A stretch of DNA of 64,000 nucleotides from Flectonema sp. DT1601. Its lineage: Eukaryota. Made by a program: the position numbers and the translations under genes. A model generated the notes under the pieces. That model was given only the letters and a program-made list of their open reading frames with translations, was not told where the DNA came from and did not search any database. This document shows, in pieces, positions 49,639-60,307 of this stretch. The stretch spans positions 1,054,001 through 1,118,000 of the forward strand of contig OZ025800.1 in NCBI GenBank assembly GCA_964019425.1. Direction: 5' to 3'. Position 1 is the first letter of the stretch. The number at the start of each line of letters is the position of its first letter.

Positions 49639-51843
49639 ATGCTTGAATGGGAGGGTGTTCTCTCAGATATCCCTCAACACCCACCAAAATATGAAGAAGT
49701 CTGTGATGGTGAACAGGAATGTCATACCCAACCTCTAACAGTTTATCTTCTTAATGGAGGTCGCTTTGTACCTTGTAGGATGATGGTAACCAATTTTCGT
49801 ATTGTCCTCAGCCGAGGATTAAATGGAACAGGAGAATGCATGTCAATCCCAACCTCCCTTATCGATTCCATAAATGAAGAGAACATAAATGTTCATCAGT
49901 ACGTCAACGACAATAGCAAACTACTTGAAATACAATGTAAAAATACTTGGACATTCACACTAAGATTAGACTACAATTCTGACTCATCCAAAGAATTGTA
50001 TGAGAAAGCGAAGAATCTTATAATTGATAAACACAAATCAACATATCCAGTTGAGAATAGATTCTGTTTTGTAAGACAACTATCAGAGTCTAATCAAAAG
50101 CCAATCACTGATCTGTACTCTCTGGATGATGAGTTGTACAGAATGGCTGATAATTTCTCAGGTCTCTTCAGAGTATCACTAGTGAATAAAGATTACGGTG
50201 TGTGTGAGAGTTATCCTAGGAAGGTCATAGTTCCAGCTGTATTAAGTGACGTTGACTTGATGGGACATGCTGAATTTCGAGCTAGAAACCGATTTCTGAT
50301 GGTATCTTGGATAGATAAACGAACCAGCTGCTGCATCGCTAGATCAAGCCAACCGAAAGTAGGACTGTCCCGAAGTAGGAGTCAACCTGATGAGGATGCT
50401 GTAAGAAAACTAGCTCCAACACAGGGACTTGCAAGCAATATCCGCAGTAATATAAAAACTAGAAGACAGGCTGCTACTGAAATCGATCACTTGTCGAGAA
50501 TGAATCAAGCTCAGGAAGATCGCATTCCCGTAACGATAATTGATGCTAGACCTTGGAAAGCAGCCATCGGAAACCTCGCAAAGGGCGGAGGCTATGAAGA
50601 TGAAAGTATTTATAAATGTGCTTACATGTGTCAAGGTGTAGAAGACTGTCATACTGTTCAGAGCTCATTAGAACAGTTACGAAAAGTTATTAATGTTGGC
50701 AGTAAGAATTGGAGATCACAATTCTCACAAACAAAATGGTTAGAACACATTGAAAGTATCTTAGCAGCATCACAAAGAGTTGTGTCAGAAATTCAAGAAC
50801 AGAGATCTGTACTAGTCCACTGCAGCAACGGATGGGATCGAACAACACAAATCGTATCCCTCGCAATGCTTCAATGCGATAGTTATTTCAGAACTTATAT
50901 CGGATTTCAAACTCTTATTCAAAAAGAATGGTGTGATGCCGGTTTTCGATTCGGTTCTCGATGTGGAAACGGTGGATCGTCAAACAGAAAAGATTTATCT
51001 CCAGTTTTCTTACAGTTCGTTGAGTGTGTTTGGCACCTCATAGAACAACACCCAACTTCATTTGAGTTTACTGAAGGGTATCTAATAAAGCTATTAGATG
51101 CTGTGTATTCTTGTAAACATGTTGATTTCATTCATGATAATAAGAAGTCACGTGATGAGTTTAATTCTCATCATGGATTCAACTTATCGTCGTATTGGGA
51201 TGAATTATCTCAGGGGTCAGTTAAGAGTGGATTACTGAATATAGCTTACGTACCTACTTCGTGTGTGTTATTCGTTAGAACACATCCAAGATACGTTAAC
51301 TCGTTGTGGAATAATTATCATTGTCGTTACATCGATCATTGGCAAGGGGGAAGGAGTGGAGTTGCGAATACATATTCGTATCTTAGCAGGTTGTCAGAAG
51401 TTTTTCAGTATCTCGCAGGGGAGGGGGGTTCAACATTCTCTTCTAATGGTATTGATAGGAGAGGATCATTGTTTTGTAATGATTCTATTGGAAATGATAT
51501 TCAGCCGTCGGAGAAAAAGATATTTTCAAATTCTAAATTAAATCAATCTCAACAAGGACTCGATGCAGAACATCGACGAGGTGTTTATTTCAGTTCCGTT
51601 GACGTTCGATGGGTTCCTGATGCACTTGCTCCTGGGTGTTCTCTATGCCAAGCGAATTTCACGATTTTTCGCCGTCGTCACCACTGCCGAGCCTGTGGAC
51701 AAGTTCTGTGCTCTCTCTGTTCAAGTGCTCGCAAGTACCTTCCCCTGTTAGGACACAACACTACTAAAGTTAGAGTTTGTGATGCCTGCAGAAATATCAA
51801 CGGTCCTAAGAGAGACTCTAGTGACGGCTATTTGTCTACGTAA
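49639..51843 (+). CDS. Myotubularin-related phosphoinositide phosphatase with C-terminal FYVE finger (734 aa)
   Basis: PH-GRAM-like N-terminus (VTNFRI), VNKDYGVCESYP, RSSQP, IIDARP, GGGYE, VLVHCSNGWDRTTQ, LIQKEWC, SPVFLQF, and FYVE WVPD...C..C...RRHHCRACG...RVCDAC. Confidence 0.95.
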   Translation: MLEWEGVLSDIPQHPPKYEEVCDGEQECHTQPLTVYLLNGGRFVPCRMMVTNFRIVLSRGLNGTGECMSIPTSLIDSINEENINVHQYVNDNSKLLEIQCKNTWTFTLRLDYNSDSSKELYEKAKNLIIDKHKSTYPVENRFCFVRQLSESNQKPITDLYSLDDELYRMADNFSGLFRVSLVNKDYGVCESYPRKVIVPAVLSDVDLMGHAEFRARNRFLMVSWIDKRTSCCIARSSQPKVGLSRSRSQPDEDAVRKLAPTQGLASNIRSNIKTRRQAATEIDHLSRMNQAQEDRIPVTIIDARPWKAAIGNLAKGGGYEDESIYKCAYMCQGVEDCHTVQSSLEQLRKVINVGSKNWRSQFSQTKWLEHIESILAASQRVVSEIQEQRSVLVHCSNGWDRTTQIVSLAMLQCDSYFRTYIGFQTLIQKEWCDAGFRFGSRCGNGGSSNRKDLSPVFLQFVECVWHLIEQHPTSFEFTEGYLIKLLDAVYSCKHVDFIHDNKKSRDEFNSHHGFNLSSYWDELSQGSVKSGLLNIAYVPTSCVLFVRTHPRYVNSLWNNYHCRYIDHWQGGRSGVANTYSYLSRLSEVFQYLAGEGGSTFSSNGIDRRGSLFCNDSIGNDIQPSEKKIFSNSKLNQSQQGLDAEHRRGVYFSSVDVRWVPDALAPGCSLCQANFTIFRRRHHCRACGQVLCSLCSSARKYLPLLGHNTTKVRVCDACRNINGPKRDSSDGYLST

Positions 51844-52380
51844 TTAATCAATCGTTTCATCCTTTATTTCTAAATAGTTGGATTGGTTATGTACTGCTAT
51901 AGGATTCTCTTTCAAACAGCGCTACCTACTGTGTCGGTCCAGTGAGGTGCCGACGCGTTTTTAAAAATAAAAAAATAAAATAAATAAAACAATTTATTTC
52001 GTATAACCGGGTTGTATTTTTTTTTCGACGTCATCTCTTCCTCTCATATGTTCGCATTTACCCTTTGTTTACCTGTAACAAAAATATTCAATTTTTTCTT
52101 TTTTTTTATTTTCTTTTGTTTTTATTATTTTGATATTACTGATGTCTTGCCAATTTTTCGTTCTCTATAAAAAGGAGTTTTTCTTTTTTTTTTTTTTGGG
52201 CCACTTTTTTACAACAGTGCAATCGTGACATCGATGTGTTGTTTTGTGACATTACACGATCTCATAACTAATGTTGTCATACAGAAGCACACAGCAGAGG
52301 GATGAGGCTAAATAGTTCTCGTCTTCTTTTATTACTTTTTATTACTTACAGACACACTTAAAAAGCAAAACCAAAACAAA

Positions 52381-53628
52381 ATGGCAAAGAAGAAGTCTGG
52401 CAACGCAAATGCAAAGGCTGTGGAAAAACCTGTAGCAGCAGCAGCAGCAGCAGCAACACCAGCACCACAAGCACCAAGAGTACAGCAAGCAGCAAGAAGG
52501 AGACCAGCGAAGAGATCTTGTGATTGGATGTGTTGGGCGATAACACCAATTTTATTAATTGGTGTTCTTCCTCTTGTTGTTCTTCACTTACCATTTTTAG
52601 TACCTCCAACTGATGACGTAAATGGCCAATGGACAATGGTCGGCGGACCAACATTCCAAGGCATCCACGGACTGTGGTCAACAGTAAACAAGTTTAATAA
52701 TAAATTCTGTGGAGAACACGGTCAAGTAGACACCGTAAAGTGTTACTGGTCAGTGTTGGAAATGACTTTTCACATTATTAGATCACCAGGTATGGTTGAC
52801 TTTTACACCGCCATACCTCAACATGCACTTAGAGAAGAAACACTATCTCAATATGAGAATGCTGTCTCTCCTTTATTTACAGATAAACAATGGATTGAAG
52901 GAACAGCTGACAGTAATGGTGTCGGTGCATCACAAGTGGCTACCGCGTTGTTAAACTTGGCTGACATCTCACACTCTAGGTTAGCTCCTATGTCAACTGC
53001 TCATGGTACTTTTGGTCTTGAGTTCCACTGCATGGAAGATGAAGTTAATTACATACCATGTCAGAATGAATTTGAAGGTGTTATTGGATCAAAAAGAATA
53101 CCAATCATGGGAAGTGATATCGTTAAGAAATGTGGTACCCGAAGACTCAGTGGAGATGAGATCTCAAGGATTAGAGACCACGTTGATTCAGAAGTCTGGA
53201 ATGGAAAGCGTAAAGTTCTCTACGCCTTTGGTATTGACTCTGCTATCGCCCTCACGAAATCCATCACACCAGACATGTCATCCAGCATGGCTGTCACTAT
53301 AGTGATCTTACCGATAGTGGATCAAGGGTATGTATTTACTTTGTGGTATTGTCTTTGTTTTCAATCACAAGATATGATGTAATAAAAAATAAAAACACCA
53401 AACAGACATCAGTGGAATGTCGCTTCCCGTGGGCGTGTCCAATGCACTAGCGAACTATTCAGAAAAGGTTACGATAACACTTTTAGATACATTGCGTGGG
53501 TTTTGAGAACATCAAAACACGAAAAGCTACCAAATTATCCAGGAGTAAACTAATGAGATAAATACATTAGTATTGATATCTAACAGACAGTGCCTTTACA
53601 ACGGCAAGGACTGCTTGGTCTTGTATGA
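52381..53628 (+). CDS. Hypothetical type II membrane protein (about 375 aa, 2-3 exons)
   Basis: Exon 52381-53327, intron 53328-53405 (GTATGT...AAACAG), exon from 53406. It either stops at 53553 or uses a further intron 53545-53586 to end at 53628 (TVPLQRQGLLGLV*). Basic/Ala-rich N-terminus followed by one hydrophobic segment (WAITPILLIGVLPLVVLHLPFLV). Confidence 0.8.
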
Positions 53629-54267
53629 TTCCCTTTTCGGTTTAATAGATCACTTCAGAAACATGAATTTACCCCTTTTTGGGAGGGGAACGGTGTGTGT
53701 TAAAACAAGGAAAACAGGAGCTGGGATACCACGTTAGAATCTATCTTTTATGCCCACGTCTGTCTCTATGTCTGGAGTTGGACGGAAAAAAAAAAAAAAA
53801 AAAGAGCTTGCTTTTGTGACATGCCGCAGCCGTTCTCGTTCCCTTTTTTTTTTTCTTTATAAAACGGGATTTTACGACACAAATGTTATTAAAAAAAAAT
53901 GAAATAAAAAAAAAACAAAAACGATTAGTGTTCTCAAAACCACAAATTTATGTAGCAATTCCTAGCTTTTTTTGCACGTCTCTGGGCTGCACGGGAAAGC
54001 TCATTGCTTCCTCGCCTTTTATAACTAACAGTTGCATGGCCTTATACCTTTCTATTACGGTGCTTTGTTGCATTTCTTGTTTTCGAATACATTTTTTTTT
54101 TTCTTCTTCCCGTACGCTAGTTTGATGCATTGTTGTAAACGAAACTTTTTTTTTTTTTTTTGTTATTTTATTTTCTACATGGACACGTTCTATAAGACGC
54201 GTTCTGATAGTTACAAAATGAATCCTATTCGTATTTACCTCTCTAGATTTAAAAAAATGAGAACACT

Positions 54268-55038
54268 ATGACCGGATTAGTATATAAAGCTGTTTCTAAT
54301 GAAGAAGTTGTTTTGATGGGTGGGATCGAAGCACTCTGTCCGCTGGATGAGTTTGGAAATGCTTTAGTAGCAGTGAGTAATACAGCTACTCCATCACCAT
54401 CTCCAAATCGGAATGTTGCTCCTCCTATAAAGCAGCAATCACAGGCCCCACAGAGAAGAGTTATTAGTATTCCACTTGCTAGTTGGTGTGGACCAATTAA
54501 GAAAGATGAACTAAAAGTCACTAGTTACGTTCCATCAACAGCTGTGATAGCGAAATACGCAGTCATTGCAGCATTGATTCCAGTGTTGGTATCCTTACCG
54601 GTGTTGGTGTTACGTAAGCGTAATCAATGTTATTTGTGGGCAAAGAAACCCGTAATTGATGACGGCAGGTTGATAATCCCTTCAAAGTCGAGAGTGTTGG
54701 AATGCTTTCCAGTTAGATCTGCTTTTCCTGGAGTTCAAAAAAGAGTGTTCACACCGGCATCAACATCATCATATCCAAAGGTTGTTAGTATTCTTGTGGG
54801 TCGAAAACCTTCTCCTCCGTTTCTGTATAGGAGAACTCCTACTAAGCAAATTGCTTTTAATTTAACACTTCCACAAAAATGGAATCAAACGAGGTGGTCT
54901 GTTGAACAGAAAGCACGTCATCTTGCAGAGGGTTCTCTTCAACCCGCTGTTGATAACGAAATCAAACAACCTCATAAACCTCGTGGATTATATATAAGGG
55001 CAGCTAGATATCAAGAACCAGACCACTTAAGAGTGTAA
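54268..55038 (+). CDS. Hypothetical protein (256 aa) with one hydrophobic segment
   Basis: Homopolymer-free ORF in the + strand array; AVIAKYAVIAALIPVLVSLPVLVL is followed by a basic Pro-rich region. No family recognised. Confidence 0.72.
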   Translation: MTGLVYKAVSNEEVVLMGGIEALCPLDEFGNALVAVSNTATPSPSPNRNVAPPIKQQSQAPQRRVISIPLASWCGPIKKDELKVTSYVPSTAVIAKYAVIAALIPVLVSLPVLVLRKRNQCYLWAKKPVIDDGRLIIPSKSRVLECFPVRSAFPGVQKRVFTPASTSSYPKVVSILVGRKPSPPFLYRRTPTKQIAFNLTLPQKWNQTRWSVEQKARHLAEGSLQPAVDNEIKQPHKPRGLYIRAARYQEPDHLRV

Positions 55039-55457
55039 GATTCAACAATTATCCTCCTATTTCACTGTAGGATGTTACTTACACTTGATTAACAGTTCTT
55101 CAATTGCAGTTTCTATTTGTTTTTTGATCATCTTTGCGATTATTTATTAGTATTATTGTTGTTCTTCTCTTCCTTTTCAAAGCTTCAACGGCTGCACTGA
55201 AAAGTTCGCTTCTGCGATTCTTGGAGTGTGTCAAAATCGATTATTATTATTGTTTTTCTTGTTTTCGATAAGTTTTGTTGCCTCAAAGCACGTAATATTT
55301 TTTTCATAAAAAGGAAGAACGACGGTAAAAAAAAAAAAAAACGAACAGCAACAACAACAACAGCAATAACGATTTCAAATTCACGAGTTAATGTAGTATT
55401 TGTAATTTACATTACTTTTTTGAGAAAAGCAAAAAAAAAAGAAAAAGAAAAAGAAAA

Positions 55458-56216
55458 ATGAGTGTCTCTGAAGAAATTGTAGTTAACAATGACCGCAACA
55501 ATAAAGTCATTATGAAAGTCCTAGAACAGGGTACAGGTATTGCTGTAGAATATGATGCGACGTTAACTTTTGTAGCAGACGATGACACCGAACAAGAGAT
55601 TCGATTGGGAACAACTGATATTGAAAATCAGATTGAAGATTGCCTTCAAAAGATGAATGCCGGAATGAAATGTCTTTGCTGCTATGACGGCAAGGAGGTT
55701 AAATTGTATTTGAAAGAATTCAAAAACCCCATCAAGCCTTACGATTTAGAAATTGAAGATAAATTATCGACAGCTGACATTCATCGTCTGGCAGGCAACG
55801 AACTTTTTAAGAAAAAACTTTATACTAAAGCAACAAAGAAATACACTTGTGCTCTGAAGTACAGTGACGCAAAGTATGGATTGGGACCTAGAGAACAAGA
55901 GCAGCTTAGAGAGGCATCGGTTCCTATTCAAAATAACTTAGCAGCTATTTCATTACTACAAAACAACTATCATGATTGTATTGACAAAACAACTGAAGTA
56001 CTTCGAACTCAATCGGACAATGCAAAAGCACTCACACGTCGTCTGAAGGCTTTTACTTCAATTCACGAATACGACAAGGCAAGAACAGACTTAGAAACAT
56101 TAACTAAAGTTGACCCTACGAATGCTGAACTCGCTGCTTTAAAATATTTCATCGAGTCGACTGTTGCTAAGGGAGAGAAATCAAATAAAAAAGCATTCAC
56201 AAAAATGTTTCAGTAG
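55458..56216 (+). CDS. FKBP-like/TPR co-chaperone (degenerate PPIase-like domain plus three TPRs), 252 aa
   Basis: VIMKVLEQGTG...IEDCLQKMNAGMKC...LYLKEF (reduced FKBP fold), then GNELFKKKLYTKATKKYTCAL, NNLAAISL and NAKALTRR TPR motifs, and a KKAFTKMF tail typical of large FKBPs. Confidence 0.88.
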   Translation: MSVSEEIVVNNDRNNKVIMKVLEQGTGIAVEYDATLTFVADDDTEQEIRLGTTDIENQIEDCLQKMNAGMKCLCCYDGKEVKLYLKEFKNPIKPYDLEIEDKLSTADIHRLAGNELFKKKLYTKATKKYTCALKYSDAKYGLGPREQEQLREASVPIQNNLAAISLLQNNYHDCIDKTTEVLRTQSDNAKALTRRLKAFTSIHEYDKARTDLETLTKVDPTNAELAALKYFIESTVAKGEKSNKKAFTKMFQ

Positions 56217-56436
56217 CTTACCTTCTATTTAATTTATTGATCATCGCTGCTGTTGCTTATCAGAACCATGCGTAATACGCAATGCTATTCTGAAGACTTT
56301 TTTTGTGCCGTGTTTTTTAATTTTATATAAACATTTCTTCTCATAAAGCTTATATATGTGATTGGTAAGTGAAATAACAATCTTGTAGTGTATCAGCTGG
56401 TTCATACTTACACTCAACCAGCAATATTCACAACGA

Positions 56437-56955
56437 ATGTCTGATCATGTTATAACTTTATTGAGCAATTGTGCTGGTCTTCAAGGAGAAGACAATAGAA
56501 GAGCGGAGAGCGCTTGGAAAGATCAGTTGAGTGGATCGCACAGATATGTGATAACAGAAAAAATTAGAAAAAAGCGAAAGAGGAAACTACCGCCTACAGG
56601 ACATAAACGATTGGTGAAAAAGAAAATAAAATCAAAACATCCACTCGATTACATCTCATATGGGGATGCTATAAAAACACACGATATGTGGCAACAGTAC
56701 GTCAAAACGATGTCGAAGTCATCACCTTTAGAAGAAATCGAGCTTACTGGAGCCTTAATAAAAGTAATCGAATCATCATCACTTCCAGACATCGGAAAGG
56801 TTGGGATTTGTATTAGAGAAACAGATTCTACTATCACATTACTAACAAACAATGAAACCTTAGTAGTCTTACGAAAGGAAGCCTCGACAGTCAAATTTCG
56901 AGTGAGAGAAAACTGCTGCACGCTATTGCCTGCAGCTCTGCTATTAAGAAAATAG
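56437..56955 (+). CDS. POP4: RNase P/MRP protein subunit POP4/Rpp29, 172 aa
   Basis: Basic N-terminal stretch, then HDMWQQYV...ELTGALIKVIESSSLPDIGKVGICIRETDSTITLLT...LRKEASTVKF, matching the Rpp29 pattern. Probable 5'UTR intron 56365-56421. Confidence 0.85.
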   Translation: MSDHVITLLSNCAGLQGEDNRRAESAWKDQLSGSHRYVITEKIRKKRKRKLPPTGHKRLVKKKIKSKHPLDYISYGDAIKTHDMWQQYVKTMSKSSPLEEIELTGALIKVIESSSLPDIGKVGICIRETDSTITLLTNNETLVVLRKEASTVKFRVRENCCTLLPAALLLRK

Positions 56956-57086
56956 AACTCTGGAGGGTTCCCTTGAGAGGGTCGGTATCCTCAATTGTAT
57001 TTATATGATATCTTGTTATTCAATTAGGGTTTTGGAAATTTAGCTTTTTTCATTTCTTCAGATTACAAACTCAAATAAGACACCAA

Positions 57087-57177
57087 ATGATTAAGGGACT
57101 TGAAGATATCGGATTGTGGAAATGGTGGAGTGCTGGTGCAACAACACCAACAACTGCAACGACAACGACAACAGCAC

Positions 57178-57208
<31 letters not shown>

Positions 57209-57875
57209 CGTATCTCAACCAGAATCAGCAGCTGGCAGTATGCCTGCTTCTAGACGAGAAAGTTCATCGAGTACGAGTTCAAGATTAAGAAACAAAATGA
57301 AAGGACTAACACCCTGTTGTGATATGTTGTCCGTCACTAGTAGCGATTTCGATTCCCTCAAAAGATCTGAGAGTAAAGTTCTTCATCCAGAACTACCAAA
57401 TGGTAACGTTATTGTTGAACTAGTCCTTGGTGAAGGAAGCTCACTTGGTGTTGTTCTAACAGATAGCCTGATGATTAACAAAGTAAGACCTCAAAGTCCA
57501 GCTGAAAAAGCCGGATTAGAAGGATACCTGGGATACTACATTGTTAGTATTAATGATTATGATGTTTATCATATTAATCAAATTACTTCTGCTCTTCATA
57601 CTGGTGGTCCTTTTTATCGTTTGGTACTGAGACCAGCTAAACAATGTGCTGGAGGAGGTGATCATTGTAAGAGATCGGCTACTTCAGCAGGTGGAGGTGA
57701 TGCTCATGTTATATATCATCACAGTACACCAAATACTCCTATAGAGTTTTGTGACACATCTTGTGGAACACCGACTTCTAATCTCTCAGGTACATCTCCA
57801 AAATGGAGGATTCCAGCAGAGGAGTATACAAGTCCACGGGCTGGACTTCCAGAATTTCCTATATTAATATCTTGA
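57087..57875 (+). CDS. PDZ-domain protein with a Thr/Ala low-complexity N-terminus, 262 aa
   Basis: ELVLGEGSSLGVVLTDSLMINKVRPQSPAEKAGL...IVSIND...LVLR is a PDZ-like pattern. Pyrimidine tract + AG at 57061 upstream. Confidence 0.85.
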
Positions 57876-58633
57876 AGGACTTTTCTAACTTCCATTTTCA
57901 CCAACACATTTGTCATTCTGAGGTGTTCGCTTTCAATTCTGATTCTGACTTCGATCTAACAATATAATTCAATAGTTCAGCCTGTTCTATCTAACTTTTG
58001 GGCAAACACCTAACGTTACGCTCCTTTCCAGTAAAGTCCGAAATAACTTCATCTTGTGAGCATAATTTTTCTTATAAATAACAATGCTAACTTCTTCGTT
58101 ATTGTTCCCCTCTCGTGAGACAGCATTCTGTCTGCGTTAAAGAGAAATAAAGGCTCTTTTTTTTTTTTTTTTTTTTTTGCACCGACGAAGTCGGAGAAGA
58201 AACTATTCAGATTGAGAGCCGTTTATTTGTTATAGTTAAATATTATCTATTTTTCCGTTGTGCAGTCGGTTATACTGTCTGCAGTCAACAAAATATAAGG
58301 CTTTATCTGAATAGTTTTTTCTTTTTTTTTTTTTTGTTGTTGGTTCAAAAATTGCACCACAGACAATGAATTAATTCTGTCTGAGAATGAAAATGCAAAA
58401 GAAAAAAAATAGAACCAGGTAAAGGTTTTGTTGGATGAACAAAACAAGTCACTGTTTGTATTGTAAAAGGGCAAAGAGGATTAATGATCTGAGGGCTGGC
58501 ATTGCGTAGGGATAGTTCTGACATGATCTCTACTACAAGATGCAGGTTCCGATCGAATATATTATTTTTCCTCTGCCCTTTTTTTAAATACGTACTCGCT
58601 CATTCACAGTACTATCTCGATGCTGTATTTTTG

Positions 58634-58669
<36 letters not shown>

Positions 58670-59027
58670 AGGTATCTTCATATATCTCCGACTTTGGTAC
58701 TTATTCGTTTGTCTTCTGTTTTTTTATTTTCTTATTTTTCATAATTGTTGACAACGTAGTGTTGCACTTCCCCTTTGTTGTGGGTTGTGTTTCCGAACTA
58801 ACCCAGTGGGGAGTCGACTTTTAGTGAAGTAGTGTTTAATTTCTTATTAATGTTGTTTTTCCATTTTACTGTTTGGTAAGCTGAAATGCAAAAAAAAAAA
58901 AAAAAAAAAAAAAAAATTGTTGGATGTCGATTGAAAACTGCTGCGAGAAAAAAACAAACAAACAAACAAACAATAGGCAGGCGATTACCTAATTCCTGTG
59001 GAAAAGTTTATTGACAACAACTCCTAC

Positions 59028-59062
<35 letters not shown>

Positions 59063-59064
59063 CT

Positions 59065-59096
59065 TCCATCTCGAAGACACGTTTTTGCGAGCGAAA
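59065..59096. repeat. Dispersed repeat family A, copy 2
   Basis: TCCATCTCGAAGACACGTTTTTGCGAGCGAAA, matching 1271-1302. Confidence 0.7.
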
Positions 59097-59457
59097 GAGA
59101 ATTGTGACATCGTAACGTTAACACCTTTTACTTTATAGGATTGTTTCCGGTTGCGCATAACAAAAAACGAAGTGTGAGAATTATTTGGTGAGGTGCCAAT
59201 TCTTTTTTTTGATCTGACTACGATATTTCATAGAGAAGATCACTAAAATGTTGTCAGTCTAATCGAATTACTTAACAACAAAACTAATGATTGGTAGCCT
59301 GTGAGCAACGCGACTCTATCTCGTTACTATGGGCGAACAATAGTATGAACAATGATAGAGCAGGCGATCGGGAAGTGACACAACCTGTAGTACGTGGCCC
59401 CCGAATCCCCATATTCGACAACACGTATGGGATTTTATCGATACCAACTGTTGGTCT

Positions 59458-59618
59458 CTTTTCATTGCAACCAGGTTTGGCGGAACCCTATATTCGTTTT
59501 AGCCAGTTTCAAGTTGCTTTATATTTAATCACAGTATCAAGTTACCCCCACTTTCTCTGTAGTACAACACGTCTACCTCAACCAGTATTTCAAGTTGCTT
59601 TATATTTAATTACAGTAT
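59458..59618. repeat. Dispersed repeat family B, copy 2, with a local 31-bp duplication
   Basis: 59458-59546 matches 5834-5922. TTTCAAGTTGCTTTATATTTAATYACAGTAT occurs at both 59507-59537 and 59588-59618. Confidence 0.85.
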
Positions 59619-60307
59619 TTAATTAGTTGCTTTCCTATCCCAGTTTTTTTCTTTTATACGAATACGGATTTTATTGTTTTCATAATGGCATACGTATCCT
59701 AAAAGGCTTGTTTACACTATAAACTCATTTGTAGTTTATTTTAAAAGCTTTCCCTTTTTTAATATTCTAATCAAAGTCCCCAATTTTGAATAGAAAAATC
59801 TTTTTTTTTCTTTTTTTTTTTTTCGATCCCGCTAGTACAATTCTTTTACTTTTCTTTGTCTGCTGGAATTCTATCTGAGAAAACTAGTTGTCTTTAAAAG
59901 TGCAAGCCAAAGTACAAAGTTGCCTTATTTTCTTCTTCTAATTACATACGTCATTTGGTGAACTTGTAAAGTTAAAAATAAATAAATAAATAAATAAATA
60001 ATTAAGAGAAACTTGTTATTAGGGATTCAAAAGATCCCTTTTTTTTGAGTATTTTAATGATTTATTACTGTTTCTCCACTGTCAAACTATCATCCTTTTC
60101 AATAAAGAAATTGTTTTGTTCTTGAGCGCCACACCTTTGTGAATCTGGTTTTTTTTTTTTTTTTTTTTGTTTTAGCAAATAACAAACTATCTCTATGAGG
60201 TTGACTCGCCAAGTAAGATAACAATTGCAATCAACGTGTTGTTTTCTAACGCTAGCTGCTATTGGTAATTATATTATTGTATCTTTTCCAGCAACAGGGT
60301 GCAGACA

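Noticed and set aside
57100..57288. Poly-Gln ORF
   Set aside because: It is an alternative frame of the ACA/GCA repeat inside the PDZ gene.
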